NCBI GenBank assembly: GCA_038851755.1
Contig: JAWCKR010000015.1
Span: 1-35,025, forward strand
DNA from: Candidatus Hadarchaeales archaeon
GTDB taxonomy: Archaea; Hadarchaeota; Hadarchaeia; Hadarchaeales; WYZ-LMO6
Length of the DNA stretch: 35,025 bases
Reading direction: 5' to 3'
The notes beneath the pieces were generated by a model. It ran no database searches. It was not told the origin of the DNA and saw only the letters and a list, made by a program, of their open reading frames with translations. Made by a program: the position numbers and the translations under genes. Every line of letters starts with the position of its first letter. Position 1 is the stretch's first letter. Shown here piece by piece: positions 32,602 to 35,025 of this stretch.

Positions 32602-33501
32602 ATGAGTGAAAGGATGCGTGGGTGGCTCCTCGCGGTTCCTGCCCTCCTCCTCATCCTCTTCCTGGGTCTCTCCCCCCGGGGAAGACCGGGACTGAGGGTG
32701 GCCACCACCACCAGCCTCTACGACACCGGGCTGCTCGACCACCTGGCGGAGAGGTACGGGGGGGAGCGGCCCGCTTTCCTCCCCCTGGGAACCGGGCAGG
32801 CCCTTCTCTCGGCGAGAAGGGGGGAGGCCGACCTCCTGCTCGTCCACGCCCCCTCCCTGGAAAAGGTGTTCATGGAGGAGGGGTACGGGGAGAGGAGGGT
32901 GGCGGTGGCCTGCAACTCCTTCGTCCTCGTCGGTCCCCCCGGGGACCCCGCCGTGATCGAGAACCTCCCTCCCCTGGAGGCCCTCGGCAGAATAGCCCTG
33001 GCCGGGAGGGGGGGAAGGGCGAGATGGGTCTCTAGGGGTGACCTCTCCGGCACCCACGTGAGGGAGAACCTCCTCTGGAGGGAAGCGGGTTTCGATCCGG
33101 AGGAGCTGAGGAAGGAGGGCTGGTACCTGGAGGCAGGGGCGGGGATGGGGCAGACCCTCCTGCTGGCCAGCGAGAAGGGGGCCTACACCCTCTCCGACCT
33201 GGGGACCTTCCTGAAATACCGAAAAGAAGGGCTCGTGCAGCTGAAACCGATGGTGGAAAGGGGGAAAGAGCTTCTCAACGTGTACTCCGCCATCGTGGTG
33301 AACCCAGAGAGGGTGAAGGGGGTGAACTTCGAGGGGGCGGTGGAGTTCCTGAGCTTTCTCCTTTCGGAGGAAGGGCAGGGACTCATAGGGAGGTTCGGAG
33401 TGGAGGAGTACGGCTCCCCCCTCTTCTTCCCTGTGCTGGGACTGGAGAACTCGGACCCAGAGCTGGCGGTGTGGCTCCGGGAGGTTTGGGGGGGAGGATG
33501 A
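32602..33501 (+). CDS. tupA: Tungstate ABC transporter substrate-binding protein
   Basis: ATTTSLYDTGLLD (TTTS motif), GTGQAL, DLLLVHAP, SRGDLSGTH, YTLSD. Confidence 0.93.
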   Translation: MSERMRGWLLAVPALLLILFLGLSPRGRPGLRVATTTSLYDTGLLDHLAERYGGERPAFLPLGTGQALLSARRGEADLLLVHAPSLEKVFMEEGYGERRVAVACNSFVLVGPPGDPAVIENLPPLEALGRIALAGRGGRARWVSRGDLSGTHVRENLLWREAGFDPEELRKEGWYLEAGAGMGQTLLLASEKGAYTLSDLGTFLKYRKEGLVQLKPMVERGKELLNVYSAIVVNPERVKGVNFEGAVEFLSFLLSEEGQGLIGRFGVEEYGSPLFFPVLGLENSDPELAVWLREVWGGG

Positions 33502-34124
33502 TGCTGGACATCGTCCTGCGCTCCCTCTGGGTCTCGGGAACGGCGACCGCCCTAGCCACCGCCTGGGGCCTCCCCCTCGCCCTCCTGCTGGGGCTGAGGG
33601 AGTTCAGGGGCAGGAGGGTGGTGCTCAACCTCTTCCACACCCTGCTGGGACTCCCCACCGTAACCCTCGGTCTCCTCCTGTACCTCCTCCTCTCCAGCCG
33701 TGGCCCGCTGGGGCCTCTCCACCTCCTCTACACCCCAACGGCCATGATGCTGGGACAGGCCCTGCTGGTCACGCCCATCGTGGTGAGCTTCCTGGCCGAT
33801 GCCCTGCAGGCGGTGGATCCCTCCGTGAGGGACCTGGCGAGGACCCTGGGGGCCTCCGAAAGGCAGGCTTCCCTGGCGGTGCTGGGGGAGGCCAGGAGGG
33901 GGGCGACGCTGGCCGTGGTAGCCTCCTTCAACAGGGCGGTCTCGGAGCTGGGAGTGGCCATGATGCTGGGGGGGAACATCCACGGGTACACCAGGGTGAT
34001 GACCACCGCCATAGCCCTGGAGACCGCGAGGGGGGAGATCCTCCTCTCCCTCCAGCTTGCCGCGGTCCTCCTGACCATCGTCTTCACCCTGAGCCTGCTG
34101 GCCAACGTGCTGGGGAGGAGGTAG
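33498..34124 (+). CDS. tupB: Tungstate ABC transporter permease
   Basis: RSLWVSG.AT...LPTVTLGL...SELG..MMLGGNI.GYTRVMTTAIALET. Start ATG 33498 or 33501. Confidence 0.92.
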   Translation: MMLDIVLRSLWVSGTATALATAWGLPLALLLGLREFRGRRVVLNLFHTLLGLPTVTLGLLLYLLLSSRGPLGPLHLLYTPTAMMLGQALLVTPIVVSFLADALQAVDPSVRDLARTLGASERQASLAVLGEARRGATLAVVASFNRAVSELGVAMMLGGNIHGYTRVMTTAIALETARGEILLSLQLAAVLLTIVFTLSLLANVLGRR

Positions 34125-34125
34125 A

Positions 34126-34800
34126 GTGCTGGAGCTCAGGAGGGTGGTAAGGAGGTACAACGGAAGGGAGGCCCTCCGGGGGGTGAGCCTGAGGGTGAGG
34201 AGGGGGGAGAGCCTCTCCGTCATAGGGCCCAACGGCTCGGGCAAGACCACCCTGCTGAGGGTGATGGCCCTCCTGGACCCTCCAGACGGGGGCGAGGTGA
34301 TCTGCGAGGAAGAGAGGGGGAAGGTGACCATGGTCTTCCAGCAGCCCGTGTTCTTCGACACCACCGTGTACCACAACCTGGCCTACGGCCTGAGGCTCAG
34401 GGGACGACCGGAGGGGGAGGTGAGGAGGGAGGTGAGGAGGGCCCTCTCCCTGGTGGGGATGAGGGGACACGAGGAGAGGAAGGTCAGGGGACTCTCGGGA
34501 GGGGAGAGGCAGAGGGTGGCCCTGGCCCGCGCCCTGGTCCTCCGGCCCGAGCTCCTGCTGCTGGACGAGCCCACCTCCAACCTGGACCCCCACAGCACCA
34601 GGTTGATGGAGGAGGTGATAGGAGAGGTGAGGAGGAGGTGTACGCTGGTGTTGGCCACCAACCATCCCTTCCAGGCCGCCCGGCTCTCCGAGAGGGTGGT
34701 GTGCCTCTTCGACGGCAGGATCCTGGCCCAGGGGAGCCCGGAGGAAATCGTGGAACGGCCGAGGGGAAAAATCAGAAAGTTCGTGAGGGGGGAATGGTGA
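34126..34800 (+). CDS. tupC: Tungstate ABC transporter ATP-binding protein
   Basis: GPNGSGKT, LSGGERQR, LLLDEPT; in the tupAB operon. Confidence 0.88.
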   Translation: MLELRRVVRRYNGREALRGVSLRVRRGESLSVIGPNGSGKTTLLRVMALLDPPDGGEVICEEERGKVTMVFQQPVFFDTTVYHNLAYGLRLRGRPEGEVRREVRRALSLVGMRGHEERKVRGLSGGERQRVALARALVLRPELLLLDEPTSNLDPHSTRLMEEVIGEVRRRCTLVLATNHPFQAARLSERVVCLFDGRILAQGSPEEIVERPRGKIRKFVRGEW

Positions 34801-34802
34801 GG

Positions 34803-35025
34803 ATGAAGGAGCTGAGCCCGGAGGTGAGGCTCTGGCTCAGGAAGGGTGGAAAGGCCGTGGGGGGGAAGGGAAAGGTGGAACTGCTGCTGGCCATAGAGAA
34901 AGAGGGCTCCCTGAGCAAGGCGGCGAGGAAGCTGGGCCTGTCCTACCGCCACGCTTGGGGGATGGTGAGGGAGCTGGAAAGGGAGCTGGGCACGGAGCTC
35001 CTCCAGAGGAGGAGGGGGGGAAGGG
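34803..35025 (+). CDS. modE: ModE-type wHTH regulator (partial)
   Basis: Manual translation: MKELSPEVRLWLRKGGKAVGGKGKVELLLAIEKEGSLSKAARKLGLSYRHAWGMVRELE...RRRGG. Runs off the window. Confidence 0.85.
   Translation, partial: MKELSPEVRLWLRKGGKAVGGKGKVELLLAIEKEGSLSKAARKLGLSYRHAWGMVRELERELGTELLQRRRGGR

Overview
GC-rich archaeal chromosomal segment. Evidence for archaeal origin: Orc1/Cdc6, archaeal COG1373/COG1672 ATPases, PGF-pre-PGF domains, and TATA-box promoters about 30 nt before starts. A Hadarchaeota-like thermophile is my guess only. The window is dominated by a candidate cell-surface system. (1) A 5579-aa membrane-anchored protein (4344-21083, minus strand) carries about 140 copies of a 16-aa Trp-rich repeat, five ~170-aa domains, Ig/FN3-like modules and two PGF-pre-PGF-like domains. 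(2) A paralog of it, missing from the ORF track, starts near 858 (minus strand) and runs off the left edge. (3) Two divergent wHTH regulators are separated by four TTTCGC-N6-GCGAAA palindromes. (4) An FN3 membrane protein is followed by two paralogous exported proteins, each with its own S26 signal-peptidase gene; the second peptidase lacks the catalytic Ser. (5) A rhomboid protease lies nearby. The exported proteins are strongly biased toward [E/D]-N dipeptides. Archaeal AAA-ATPase genes and remnants are interspersed, most in lower-GC DNA; the three intact ones each have their own promoter palindromes, and one island is flanked by a duplicated S26 3' end. Also present: two unannotated Cys-rich microproteins, an ArsR-like/MinD pair, cdc6, and tupABC-modE with a ModE-like operator. 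All assignments come from reading the sequence by eye; no searches were run.
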